Positions 25,066 through 37,574 of a stretch of 64,000 bases of DNA are shown piece after piece (within the stretch, counting starts at the first letter, position 1; each line of letters starts with the position of its first letter). The stretch comes from Mobula hypostoma (taxonomy: Eukaryota): the NCBI RefSeq assembly GCF_963921235.1, contig NC_086097.1:196168001-196232000 (forward strand). Direction: 5' to 3'. The notes under the pieces are model-generated. The model saw only the letters and a list, made by a program, of their open reading frames with translations. It searched no databases and was not told where the DNA came from. Position numbers and translations under genes: made by a program.

Positions 25066-26639
25066 CCTTGGAGGGAGGTTGGATTCAGTGATGTGTTAAG
25101 CTGTGTCTATGACTCTCTGCAGTTTTTTGCAGTCACAGGCACAGTAGTTGCCATATCAAACTGTGCCTTACATGGGCAGGCAAAAATTCATGCATAGACA
25201 AAAGTTGGTGAGGATCAAAGGAATGCTGTACTTCCTGAGGAAGTAGAGACACTGGTAAGTTTTTTTAGCTGTGGTTTCAATGTAGTTTGGACCAGAACAG
25301 GCTATTCATGATGTTTGCTCCTTAGAAATACTCCTAACTTCTCAGTCCTGATTTGGAGCACGTGCTGATTCAAAGGCAGTAGTTCTGCCTGGTTCTAATC
25401 CAGTCTGTTTAAATTTGCTGATCCTATAAAATGATGCATGTGTTCTCTACTCATGCAGAGCTAGGAGAAGGCAATTAGCAAAATACATTTTGAATTAAGA
25501 ATGAAATTTGCTGTAATGAGTAAGGTGCAATGGTTCCAGAGTCCTACTTTACTGCAAGTAGAGCATCTGACTTGGCAGAAGATTTTCTTTAAATCAGACC
25601 AATGTTCCAACATTGCACTTCTGGCTGCTACCTTAAACCCATGTAGGCATTTCAGCACTTTTTGTTTCTTTTTCTCCTTCTGTACCAACAATTGGAAGGC
25701 TCCAGTGTTTGCTGAAAATGCAATCCTGAAAATAATGTGGCATTACTCAAATGCTGCCACTGCCACACGATGAGGACACCTGTGTAGGAGCCGTGTATCT
25801 ATTTTCTGTCTGTCTGCATTGTATATTGTGGTAATCTGTCACATGAGTTGGGATGTGGTAGAAGCAAATGAGCATAGTTATGTATTCACGCTTTGTCTTT
25901 AGGTCAGTTTGGTCTAGTTGAGAGGGGGTGAGTCACGGGGTGATTTTTTTTTAAGGTCCACTAATTTGAATGCTAATTACACTATTATACCACTTAATAT
26001 TGCTATTAGACCATTGTATCACTAATTTAATTTCATTAGATTTTTATTACTGTAAGATCATTCATCTTTGCTGGTTTTGTAATAAAGGATTGAATGTACC
26101 TTTCTCGACGTGAAGCTTAATTATTTTGAAAGCACATCATACAGTGCCAACCCCTGGCTTAGGCTGTCAGCAGTTTGGTTTGTTTTCAAGTAACCGCTGC
26201 AATCTGTTTCCATTTTGCTTGAGAGAAATGTCAAAAATAGGAGCTTTTACAAGAACAGCAACCTTCCATTACACAGATTGTTGGTTCTGGGCCACTGTCA
26301 GCTCTCCTAGCTGTGTTTTTTCTCTTGAAATATTGACATCTCTGAAGTTGGCTCATGCAGTCAGGAAATCATTCTTGCAACAATCAAATTTCTGAGCAAA
26401 GGAGGAATGATCCATTGGAGTGGAGCAGCAACCGTGTATTGAAATGAATCACAAACAGGATTCGGAAAACAAATCTAAAAATCTGGCAACACTACTGTGT
26501 CTGGATCATAAAGTAATTTATGTGTAAATGATGTATAAAAATTATGCGTCAGCTTGTCAGAAGAAAGTACAGTACTTCACATAAATGATAGCCTGCAAAA
26601 CATATTGGCACATCAGTTAATTAATCAGACTAATAATAC

Positions 26640-26920
26640 TTGGATTAATAATGGTGAGAGATGAGTTTAGATCCCCACCAGGGCAGCTGTGAAATTTAAA
26701 ACAAAAACTCTCAGTAATGCTAACTACAAAGCCATCAGATCGTCATAAGAACTGCTCTGGATTTTCCGATTCCAGGCAGGAGTGAGTTATCCTTAACATT
26801 GTGTCCAGATTTCATGAGTTTTCATGGCATTGCATCAAATGTGGGCAAGCAAATTGTCTTCTCACTACCACCTTCCACAGTGTTGTATATACAAGCTTGG
26901 ACCTATCAATGTAGCTCATT
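26640..26920 (+). mobile_element. Highly diverged ancient SINE-like repeat
   Basis: Box-B-like gagtttagatccc and loose similarity to 49030-49240. Confidence 0.3.
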
Positions 26921-27436
26921 ATGAATTAACCTCTGAAGGGCTTGAGCAAAGCCATTCATTTGGATTACAACCCTTAGTGAAAACAGGGAAAAAAGCAGAT
27001 GGCTTGACCAAGTTACCATGTTCATCTGAAACATCTAGGATTGGTGTCTTATAGTGCCATAAACAAATTAAACAACTTAGCAATGCACCAATCTTCTTAA
27101 TTGAAATACCTGGGTACATCCTGGCAAGTACATGCAAGGAGCTATATAGACAGAATATGTCCATTCTGGAAGAGCTTGCATGGATACCTTGAAGTGCAAA
27201 TGCAAAGTTTCTGAGCACAGCATATGCTTATGGACAATATCATTAAAGTATTATAGAAATGTGCCTCCTCTTAAGTGAATTATAAAAATCAAGTCATGGA
27301 AAAGTAAATGAACTCTTATTTTGTCTGGTTTATCAGTAACTGTGTAAAGAATCCACAATAAAATCACAAAGCTTTTGATAAACTTGAAAAATGCACTTCT
27401 CAATATTACCTTATTTATCTTCCTTGATTATTCCAG

Positions 27437-27535
27437 TTGTACGGAGAATGGACACAGTGACAGAAGGAATGGAAACATCACAAAAAAGTTATTCGGAAAA
27501 ACTAACTGCTGTTGAGACTGACCTGAAAAAATTAG
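27437..27535 (+). CDS. COLEC12: Collectin-12 coding exon (exon 4 equivalent), start of ectodomain
   Basis: ttccag|TTGTACGG...AAATTAG|gtaaa, 99 bp. (V)VRRMDTVTEGMETSQKSYSEKLTAVETDLKKL, inside ORF 27391..27639. Phase compatible with both neighbours. Confidence 0.95.
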
Positions 27536-27634
27536 GTAAAATATGCAACAATTATTGTGCCAGAAAGAAAATCAAATTGTATAATGATGAAACAAATATT
27601 AATTATCCTAGTATAATTGGGATCTTTTTAAACA

Positions 27635-30090
27635 AATAAGGCACAGGAGCAGAATTAGGCCACTTGGCCCATTGAGTCTGCTCCGCCATTCCATTATGGC
27701 TGATTTATTATCCTTCTTATCCCCATTCTCCTGTTTTCTTCCTGTAACCTATGATGCTCTAGTTAATCAAGAACCTGTCAACCTCCATTTTAAATACACC
27801 CAATCATTTGGCCTCCACAGCTGTCCGTAGCAATGAACTTCACAGGTTTGCCACCTCCTGGCTAAGGAAATTCCTCCTTATCTCTGTTCTAAATAGACTT
27901 GCCTCTATTCTGAGGCTATGCCCTCTGGTCCTAGACTCATCCACTCTAGGAAACATCCTCTCCATACCTACTCTCTCTAGGTCTTTCAACATTCAAACTT
28001 AACAAATATCCTGTAGTTAATTCAATATCATTCAACTTCTGAAAGCCAAGATACACCCACATGGGAATTATACATTTCTTAAACAAGAGAAAATCTACAG
28101 ATTCTGGAAATCCAAAGCAACACACACAAAATGCTGGAAGACCTCTGCAGGCCAGGCAGCATCTATGGAAAAGAATACCGTCGATGTTTCAGGCTGAGAC
28201 CCTTCAACAAGACTTCAGTATTTCAATATTCGATAGGTTTCAATGAGATCCTCCATTCTTCTAAGCACCAGCAAGTACAGGCCCTGAGCCATCAAATGCT
28301 CCTCATACATTAACATTTTCATTTCTGAAATCATTTTTTGTAAAGCAACTGTGGATCTTCTCCAATGCTACCACATCTTTACTGAGATAAGATGCTCATA
28401 ACTTCTTACAATACTCCAAGTGTGGTCTGACTAATGCCTTATAAAGACTTAGCAACTCATTCTTGTTCTAATATTCTAGTCCTCTTGAAATGAATATGAA
28501 CAATGAGTTTGCCTTCCTTTGACTTTGCCCTATTTTATTATGTGCCTCGAAACCTCATTGTTAATAATGGACTCCAACATCCTCCCAACAACTGAAGTCA
28601 GGTTAACTGGCTTATAATTTCCTTTCTTCTGCCTCCCTCCCTTCTTAAAGAGTGGAGTGACATTTACAATTTTCCACTGCTCTGTAACCATTCCAAAATC
28701 CAGGGAATCTTGAAAGATCATTACTAATACCTCTACAATCTCCTCAGCTACCACTTTCAAAACCCAGCAGTGTAGTTCATCTTGACCAGATGCCATACCT
28801 ACCTTCAGATCTTTCAGTTTCCCAACCACCCTCTCCTTAGTATTAGCAACCGCACTTACTTCTGCCCCTAACATTCACAAATCTCTGGCACACTGCAGTG
28901 TCTTCCACAGTGAAGACTGATGCAAAATACTTAATCAGTTTGTCCACCATTTCTTTGTCCCCCATTATTAACTCTCCAGCATCATTTTCCAGTAGTCTAA
29001 CATCCACTCTCAACTGTCTTTTACTCTTTACATATCTGAAAAAATCTTTTGGTATCCTTATTTATATTATTGTTTAGCTCACCTTCATATTTTGTAATTG
29101 CCTCTCCTTGAGTTTTTTTTTAAGGTGTCTTCTGTTGGTTTTTAAAAGCGTCCCATTTGTCTAACTTCCCACTAATTTTTGCTCTATTATATGCTCTTTC
29201 TTTTGCTTTTATGTTAACTTTGAATTCCCTTGTCAGCAATGGTCACCTCAGCCTACCTTTAGAATACTTCTTCATCTTTGGGATATATCTAACCTGTGCC
29301 TTCCAAATTGCCTCCAGAAACTCCGGCCATCACTATTCTGCTGTCATCCTTGACAATTATCCTTTCCAGCCAGCTCCTCTCTCACACCTCTGTAATTCCC
29401 TTTGTAATACTGATACATCCAACTTTACCTTCTCCCTTTCAAACCGCAGGGTGAATTCTATCAGAGCCTCACAATGATTCCTTTACCATGAGCTCCTCAA
29501 TCAAATCTGGTTCATTACACAACATTCAGTGCTGAATAGCTGATCGCCAATCTCTAACTGTTGTACAAGATCATCTACCTTATTATGTGTACTATGTGCA
29601 TTCAAATATAGCACTGCATCTAGTCCTGTATTTGTCACCCTTTTTGATTTTGCCCCCATTTTACACTTCAACTCATCGCACTGACTGCAATTTCACCCTA
29701 TCATCTGCCTGTTCTTCCTCACAGTCTCACTGCATCAACTTGTGTACCAATTGAGCCATCCCCAACCCTATCAATCCAGTTCCTATCTCCCTGCCAAATC
29801 AGTTTAAACTCTCCCCAACAGCTCTAGCAAACCTGCCTGCAAGGATACTGATACCCCTTTTGTTCAGGTGTAGCCCATCCATTTTGCACAGGTCATACCT
29901 TCCCCAGGAGAGATCCCAATGATCCATAAATCCGAAGCCTTGCCCCCTGCACCACTTCCTCATCTACACAGTCATCTGTACCATCATCCTATTCCTATCC
30001 TGATTAGCACATGCTACTGGGAGTAATCCAAAGATTACCACCTTGGAGGTCCTGTTCTTCAGCCTCTTTCCTTACTCCCTATACTACCTG
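27635..30090 (-). mobile_element. CR1 LINE spanning ORF1 end to 3' tail with large internal deletions, interrupted at 27995-28220
   Basis: ORF 28530..28874 (NVTPLFKKGGRQKKGNYKPVNLTSVVG); ORF1 esterase-like region 29800-30060; 3' tail at 27635-27700. RT core deleted near 28525. Confidence 0.88.
27995..28220 (-). mobile_element. PLE terminal mini-insert (28081-28214) with about 85 bp of extra non-PLE sequence
   Basis: Homologous to 24928-25062. Flanked by TTTCAACATTC (27984-27994) and TTTCAATATTC (28221-28231). Confidence 0.8.
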
Positions 30091-31173
30091 CGCCCCTCGC
30101 CATCAACATCATGGGGATTAACATTGATTGTTAACATAACCAAAACCAACCACAGAAATACTATGTGCCTAATATTAAATGAAGTGACTGACTATCACTT
30201 TCACCATGTCTGACCTGTGCATTTCCTATACTTGATTTTGTTTTTTAATGACAGAATTAAGGAAATTCAGCTCTATTTTAAGCAGCAGCAATCCAGTATT
30301 AATATGCTTCTGAATATCAAATCATCAAGGTTAAAAGAATACTATAGATGTATGGGTTTCTTAAAGTTCGTCATTCCACTAAAGCCTGTATATTAAAATT
30401 CCAGCATGAATTTAGCACTAGGGAAAGGTGGATGTAATAGCAGAGGTTAACCTTGGAAGGGAGAGGAGTACTGGAGTTGCTCTGGAGAAGATCAAAATCT
30501 CCTTACAGACTCTTTGTGAAAAGTCTTACTCAAAGGTATAGACTCTGGGAATACAATTCTTGTTATTATCAACCCCTCCAATGCCAGAGAAAGCAGATCT
30601 TCTGGCATTGTTGTGACAATGTTCAGGTAGAACATTACCTGTGAAACAGAGTAGTTATTTACTGTTCCTTACACCAGATATCCTTTAGTTGATCTAAGGA
30701 AGGTGTCATGTATCTCCCAAATTAGGAGCAATTTTGCTTTGTTGGTCTTTATCCTATCACAGCTGGATTGAGACTATCTGAACTGTTTTTATACTAGATA
30801 TTTTAAAAAAGATTGCCCTTAATTTGTTAACCACTGCTCAGTCGCACCGAAAGTCATTCCCTATTGGTGGCTGCAAACTGAAAGAATTTAATTTCTGAGA
30901 CAGAGTTGGAGTGCATTAGAGCTGAAGTTCTAGATTTGCATCATAAAAATATGGCCTTTGATTGGTTAGTAAAATTTTGGTATACATTTTTCAAATTATG
31001 AATAAGTTGGCCTCCATTATGGAACCATCCTTGTCAATTTTATCTTAATTCTACGTATCCATTAAACTATATAGTGCCCATTAAACAGAACTGTAGAAGA
31101 CACAAAGAGGAAAATTGCATCTGCTCTTTTGTGATTATCCATTCTGTTTTCTACTGTTTACTATATCTTGTAG

Positions 31174-32220
31174 ATGACCAGTCTGGTATGAAAGATCAAA
31201 GTACCACTTCAGAGCTGTCCAAGTTCAAAACCGATATTCAGTCCCTTCAGAACCAGCTTAATGATATTGCTGGCAGTGCCTCCAAAAACAAAGCTGCACT
31301 AGACAAGCTACAAGAGACTGAGCTATCAATGACAACCAGCCATAATTCCCTCAAAATCTTGTTGGATGGCAACACAAAATCTATCAGAGCCATTAACCAA
31401 ACATTATTGACTTATAGTGGATACATCAACAACCTGGAGCAAAACACCGGTAAGCTGCAAAAGGACATTCAAGAACAGACCAAATCCCAGAGCAGTACGG
31501 TTATGAATCTGAGTCAAATAAATCAGACACAGATTCGGCAAAGGGATTTATTCAGTTCACTGCAGAAATCCGTTGATGATGCCAGTCAGGCAATTCAAAA
31601 GATAAGAAATGACTGGCAGGCTCTCCAACAGGCATTGTTTCAAGCACAAAAGGACACTGACTGGTTAAAAGAGAAATTACAATATCTGCAACTCCAAACA
31701 GTGAACAACTCTGTCATGGTGACAGGTAATAGTGACACTTTGGAGGATATGAGTAATCAGCTGAATTCTCTCATTAGCCAGATGGCAAACATTAGCTTTA
31801 TGGCTAACATTCATGAAGAGAGTCTCAAGGATCTACAGAAATATCAAAAAGACCATGAAAATAAAACTGCTACTAGTTTTGAACAACTGGAAATACGCAT
31901 GGATATAAATGAAAGAGATATTAGAACTATCATGGGCAATAGCAGTTGGACTATGCAACATCTCCGGTCACTAACAAACAACTTGAATGATATTAAAACT
32001 ACTTGTACCAATACCTTAAGTCAGCATGCTGATGAGCTAGCCACCTTGACTGCCAACATGAACAGTATCCACATGGATAGCTCTCTAATCAAAGCACAGC
32101 AGAGTGTAATGGAAGCAAAACTGGACATTGAGGTTGGCAACTTGTCTATGATAATGGAAGAAATGAAGCTTGTGGACAAAAAACACACTCAACTGATTCA
32201 AAACTTCACAATTCTTCAAG
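31174..32220 (+). CDS. COLEC12: Collectin-12 coding exon (exon 5 equivalent), long alpha-helical coiled coil
   Basis: ttgtag|ATGACCAG...CTTCAAG|gtaaac, 1047 bp open frame (ORF 31074..32246). Diagnostic segments SVDDASQAIQKIRND, AQKDTDWLKEK and MEEMKLVDKKHTQLIQNFTILQ. Several N-x-S/T sequons. Confidence 0.97.
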
Positions 32221-32304
32221 GTAAACATTTTTCACAATCAGGGTGAGAGGGATTTATTTTTACCACCTGTCAATTAAATTCAGATAAGGATGAACAAACT
32301 TTTT

Positions 32305-32660
32305 TCAGACCACCAGCAGGGCACAGGTATCAATTTTAACCGGCGTTTCGATGACAAGCTCTACCATCTTCATCAGGGATGATGCCCAGGCATGTCTAGT
32401 TGAGTGGTATATTTACCCGTCATCCATCCCTCCTGCTTAGTTAGTCCTCAATCAATTAGGCTTCCGCTGTCCTACCTTGTTTTCAATCAAATTCCAGTTC
32501 TTACTTAGAGTGAGACCTTCATCTTTGTTGAAATTCTTTTCCTCTAGTTCTATTTCACTAGCCTCCTTTACCAGATGACCCCCAAAAACCATTGGTGTGG
32601 CTCAGCAGAAACCTGATTGGTTGAGGACTAATCAATCAGGAGGGAGAGACGATAAAATAT
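32305..32660 (-). mobile_element. Second Penelope-like family (B): ORF C-terminus, terminal repeat and inverted partial repeat
   Basis: Minus-strand frame LVKEASEIELEEKNFNKDEGLTLSKNWN (about 32490-32575), typical of a PLE GIY-YIG C-terminus. 32608-32660 is an inverted copy of about 32410-32465. Confidence 0.78.
32338..32380 (-). ncRNA. Minimal hammerhead ribozyme motif of PLE family B
   Basis: Reverse complement ATCC-CTGATGA-A-GATGGTA GAGCT TGTCATC-GAAAC-GCC-GGTT. Intact CUGAUGA and GAAAC, 7-bp stem II with G-U pairs; cleavage triplet is GCC rather than GUC. Confidence 0.75.
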
Positions 32661-33665
32661 TTTATTATTCACAAAATATCTGAAAATCAAAATATTAATA
32701 TGTAATCAATACCTCGGCTTATGTACATCAAAAGCATAGCCAGGTGGCTACACATCAAGGAAATGGAAGTCATGCAAAAAACGAAGGATAGATCTATATG
32801 GAAAACCATGGTCACCAAAGTCCACATCGGACATGGTACCTAGACAGACAATCAATGTGAAGAAATAGATCTATAATTTTCAAGAAAGAAGAATAGGCTT
32901 GTAGAAGTATGAATAAATTACGAAAAATAAGCAGAGAATCAATGGGATTAAGATAATCATCTATAAATTGTGAAAACACAGAGCTAGAAGCTATAAAATA
33001 TTCTTAACAGTTACAATAGATTAGGGCTCAGAACTTTATACATTTAAGTTTTGGGTAAGTAATGGGGAAATTATTCTGCACTGACGTGGTCAGTCCAAAC
33101 TCTGCCATGCATCATTTCAAAGATGATGACGACCTGGCCAAAAAGGAAATTGCAAGTTCAGGTTGTTTCTTGAGGAGCAGTGAATATCAAGAATATAGGT
33201 TCAGCAGATGAGTTACATTATGGTGAGGGTACTGAGGTCAATCATTGACATCAGACTTGGAGCTAGGTTTGGGGATTGTAGAGGGAGAGTACATAACAGA
33301 GGATAATGAATCTTTGCCCCTATAGGTGAAGGCCAGATCATTAGATGACTTCAGGTAAAGAATGGAAGAGGGAACCTTTAAAAAAAATTATTATGCATAG
33401 TAACTTCAATGGAGGATATATTTTTTGTCGAATTAATAAACCCTGTGAAATATTTGTGATCAAGTTTTTTGAGCACATTTGGTGTCCTCCTTCTAGGTTG
33501 ATGAACTGTGTGACACCAGATGTATAAAGCTCCTCTGTCTTTATTGTTAACTTAAAGAGGAGCACTTCCATTATGGTGACTGAGGAATTATGAAACTAAG
33601 TTGAATATTTTTATTTCTGACCACAGGACATGTACTAAAATGCATGTTTTTTAATGAAAATATAG

Positions 33666-34160
33666 GTCCTCCTGGTCCAAGAGGTCCTAAAGGTGACAAA
33701 GGAATACAAGGACCACCTGGCAATAAGGGAGCAAAAGGACAAAAAGGTGACCTGGGAGAAGAAGGAATTCCTGGACCGATAGGTCCAAAGGGTTCTCGAG
33801 GTCCTGCAGGAAGTAAAGGAGAAAAGGGCAGTCAGGGATCTAGAGGGCCACCTGGCATGAAAGGTCAAAAGGGTTCAAATGGAAGACCTGGAACACCTGG
33901 AGCAAAAGGAAGCAATGGACTGCCAGGTCCCAGTGGCAAAATAGGTCTTCCAGGAGCACCTGGGGAACAAGGCCAACCAGGAGCTGCAGGAAGCAGAGGG
34001 CCACCAGGACTACCAGGACCAGTAGGACCACAAGGACCACCAGGCCCAAAAGGACCACAGGGCTTAGCAATACCAATGACTTCTAATGGTCAACTAAGCC
34101 ATTCTTCTGGTCTTGCAGGACAAAGAAATCATCCTTCAACGGTTACTCCGAAGCCAAATG
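33666..34160 (+). CDS. COLEC12: Collectin-12 coding exon (exon 6 equivalent), collagen-like domain plus linker
   Basis: tatag|GTCCTCCT...CCAAATG|gtaaaa, 495 bp. 45 uninterrupted Gly-X-Y triplets ([12 protein letters not shown]...GPKGPQGLA), then a 30-aa linker. Confidence 0.95.
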
Positions 34161-34691
34161 GTAAAAATCTTTAATTACGGTATGCACTAGATTAAGTGTC
34201 AGAGAGAAATACAGCACAAAAACAGGTCCTTTGACCCATCTAGTCCATAACGAAAACATTTAAACTGCCTACTCACATCAACCTGCACTGGGCCCACAGC
34301 CTCCAGACCCCTACCATCAATGTACCTATCCAAACTTCTCTGAAATGTTGAAATCAAGTTCATGTGCACAACTTGTGCTGGCAGCTCATTCTACACTCTC
34401 ACAACCCTCTGAGTGAAGAAGTTTCCCCTCATGTTCTCCTTGAACTTTCACCTTTCACCCTTAACTCATGACCTCTGGTTGTAGACCAACCCAACATCAG
34501 TGGAAATAGCCTACTTGCATTTACCCTATCTATACCCTACCCCTCATAATTTTGTATACCTCTATCAAATCTCCTCTCAATCTTTTACGTTCTAAGGAAT
34601 ATGGTCCTAACCTATTCAATCTTTCTTTATAACTCAGGTCCTCCAGACCTGGTAACAACCTTGTAAATTTTCTCTGTACTCTTTCAACCTT

Positions 34692-35991
34692 CACAAGATC
34701 ACAAGACAAAGGAGCAGAAGTAGGCCATTTGGCCCATTGCGTCTGCTCCACCACTCCACCATGAGCTAAATTATTCTCCTATCTAGTTCCAATTTCCGGC
34801 TTTTTCCCCATATCCCTTGATACCCTGACTATCTATTGATAGATACCTATCAATCTCCTCCTTAAACACCCTCAATGATTGGGCCTCCACAGATGCATGT
34901 GGCAACGAATTCCATAAATCCACGACCCTCTGGCTAAAAAAATTTCTCCTCATCTCTGTTTTAAATGGGTACCCTCTAATTCTAAGACTGTGGCATCTTG
35001 TCCTGGACTCACCTACCAAGGGAAATAGCCTTTCCACATCTACTCTGTCCAACCCTTTCAACATTCGAAATGTTTCTATGAGATCCCCTCTCATTCTTCT
35101 ATACTCTAATGAATACAGTCCAAGAGCGGACAAACACTCCTCATATGTTGGGCCCTGCATTCCAGGAATCATCCTCATAAGTCTTCTCTGAACTCTCTCC
35201 AACATCAGTACATCCCTTCTAAGATAGGGGGCCAAAAACTGCACACAGTATTCCAAATGAGGTCTCACCAGTGCCCCAGAGAGCCTCATCAACACCTCCT
35301 TACTCTTATACACTGTTCCTCTTAAAATGAATGCAAACAACGCATTCGCTTTCCTTACTGCCGATCCAACCTGGTGGTTAACCTTTAGGATATCCTGCAC
35401 AAGGACCCCCAAGTCCCTTTGCACTTCTGATTTTTGAATTTTCTCCCCATCTAAATGATAATCTGCCCGATTATTTCTTCTTCCAAAATGTACAACTGTA
35501 CATTTCTCAACTTGGTATCTCATCTGCCATTTCTTTGCCCACTCTCCTAAACTGACCAAGTCTCTCTGCAATCTTTCCGTTTCTTCAACAGTTCCTGCTC
35601 CTCCACCTATCTTGGTGTCATCGACAAACTTAGCCACAAAACCATTTAATCCATAATCTAAATCATCGATATACATTGTAAAAAGAAGCGGCCCCAACAC
35701 CGACCCTTGCGGAACACCACTAGTAACCGGCAACCAATCAGAACAGGATCCCTTTATTCCCATCCTTTGCTTTCTGCCTATCAGCTAATGCTCCACCCAT
35801 TCCAATATTGTTCCTGTAATTCCATGGGCTCTCATCTTATTAAGCAGCCTCTTATGCGGCACCTTATCGAAGGCCGTTTGAAAATCCAAATACACATCCA
35901 CAGCCTCTCCCTCATCAATCTTATTTGAGATTACCTAAAAAGTTCCAATAGGTTGGTGAGGCAGGATATTCCCTTCATGAAACCATGCTGG
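34692..35991 (-). mobile_element. Younger CR1 subfamily copy nested in CR1; 326-aa open RT/C-terminal frame
   Basis: ORF 34783..35763 (SGVPQGSVLGPLLF..KFVDDTK..LVRPHLEYCVQF); (cacaagat)n tail. Confidence 0.92.
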
Positions 35992-36955
35992 CTTGTTTAC
36001 ATCTTTCCTGTAGGTATGTGACCAAAGCTGCACACAAGACTCCAAATTAGGTCACACCATCGTCTTGTACAACTTCAACTTAACATCCTACCTCCTGTAC
36101 TCAAAACATTGATTTATGAAGGCCAAGTGCCAAAAGCTTTCTTTAAGACCCTACCTACCTGTGACACCACTTTCAATGAATTATGTACCTGTATTCCCAG
36201 GTCCCTTTTTTCTACCACAGTCCTCAGTGCCCTACCATTCACTGTGTAAGACCTACCTTGGTTGATCCTACTGAAGAGCAAAACCTAGTACTTGTCTGCA
36301 TTGATTTCCATCTGCCATTTTTTAGCCCACTTTTCCAGCTGATGCAGATCCTTCTGCAAGCCATGATAGCCTTCCTCACTGACCACTACACCCCCAATCT
36401 TGGTGTAATCCACAAAGTTGCTGATCCAGTTGACCACATTATCATTCAGTTCATTGATCTAGATGACAAACAACAAAGAACTCAGCACTGATCCCTGTGG
36501 CACACCACTAGTCACAGTCCTCCAGTCAGAGAGGCAAATATCTACTACTACTCTCTGGCTTCTCCCACAAAGCTAATGTATAATCCAATTTAGCACCTCA
36601 TTTTCCTGGTGAACTTTCCATGCAGGGCCTTGTTAACTGCCTTGTTGAAGTCCATGTAGACAGCATCCACTGCCTTGCCTTCATCCACTTTCTTCGTAAC
36701 TCCCTCAAAAACTCTGTAAGATTGGTTAGACATGACCTACCATACACGAAGCCAGGCTGACTATCCTCAATCAGTCCATGTCTATCCAAGTATATATTGG
36801 GTTCCTTAAAATACCTTCCAATCACTTTACCACAATTGATGTCAGGCTCACCACCCTATAATTTCCTTGTTTCTAATTAGAGCCTTTTTTAAACAGTGGA
36901 ATGACATTGGCTATCCTCCAATCTTCTAGCATCTCTCCTACCACTAAGGATGATC

Positions 36956-37035
36956 TACCCGGAGAATTAAAGAATTTCAGAGTTGTATACTTTGATAATA
37001 AAATAAACATTTGAACCTTTGAACCTTTGAACCTT
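36956..37035 (+). mobile_element. Very short LINE 3' tail (Rex/L2-type) with (TTTGAACC)n repeat
   Basis: gataataaaataaacatttgaacctttgaacctttgaaccttt inserted in CR1 at aaggatgat|ttaaatgtc. Confidence 0.6.
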
Positions 37036-37574
37036 TAAATGTCTCCGCTAGGGCCCCGGGAATTTCTGCATTTGTTTCCCATAGGGTCCAAGAGAACACC
37101 TTGTCAGGCCCTGGGGTTTTATCCACCCTGATTTGTCTCAGGATAGCAAACACCTCCTCCTCTGTAATCTGTACAGGGTCCTACTAGTCTGTCTCCCTAA
37201 TTGTTTGGTATGGGAGCCATTATAAGAAACAATTTGAGTTATTTATAAAATCAGAAGCTGTGATTCTACTATGGCTTTTAATGACATTGTGTGATAGCAT
37301 TTTTATAGGTAAGGCAAAGGTAGAAAAATGCATGATAAGCAAAGTGGTGTTAGCAAATGGATTGTGGATCTGAAGTTAGAAAGATCAGCTATGATCTTAT
37401 TAAATGGAGTTACAAACTTGAGTGTCAGAGTAATCTTGCTTCTAATTTGTATATTCTTGGATATAGTCCATAACAAGTTTCAAAACATGTATTCCATTAC
37501 ACCAAAAAATATATTGTTTACTTATAAGACTAATATATTTGCTATGTACATAAAGGCTATTCTTTGCATAAATA

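Larger units (their letters stand above)
23650..25320 (-). mobile_element. Rex1/Babar-type LINE 3' fragment split by a PLE
   Basis: KAAGVIKNSTHPG...LKDSFYPTVI (ORF 23879..24106); resumes after 25073. Confidence 0.7.
34197..37180 (-). mobile_element. CR1 LINE (host), interrupted at 34692-35991 and about 36956-37035
   Basis: Rejoins as ctttcaacctt|gtttacatctttcc; ORFs 34530..34754 and 36598..36825. Confidence 0.88.

Noticed and set aside
31074-31173. N-terminal 33 aa of the 390-aa ORF, which looks hydrophobic like a signal anchor
   Set aside because: It is intronic sequence upstream of the AG acceptor at 31172-31173. The real TM segment is in exon 12671-12793.
33644-34174. Stand-alone collagen gene, or a SCARA3/MARCO assignment
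   Set aside because: The exon splices in frame to the coiled-coil and C-type lectin exons. SCARA3 has no lectin domain and MARCO has an SRCR domain.
34783-35763. 326-aa RT-like ORF as a host gene
   Set aside because: It is the 3' part of a young CR1 with no endonuclease, no ORF1 and no splice structure.
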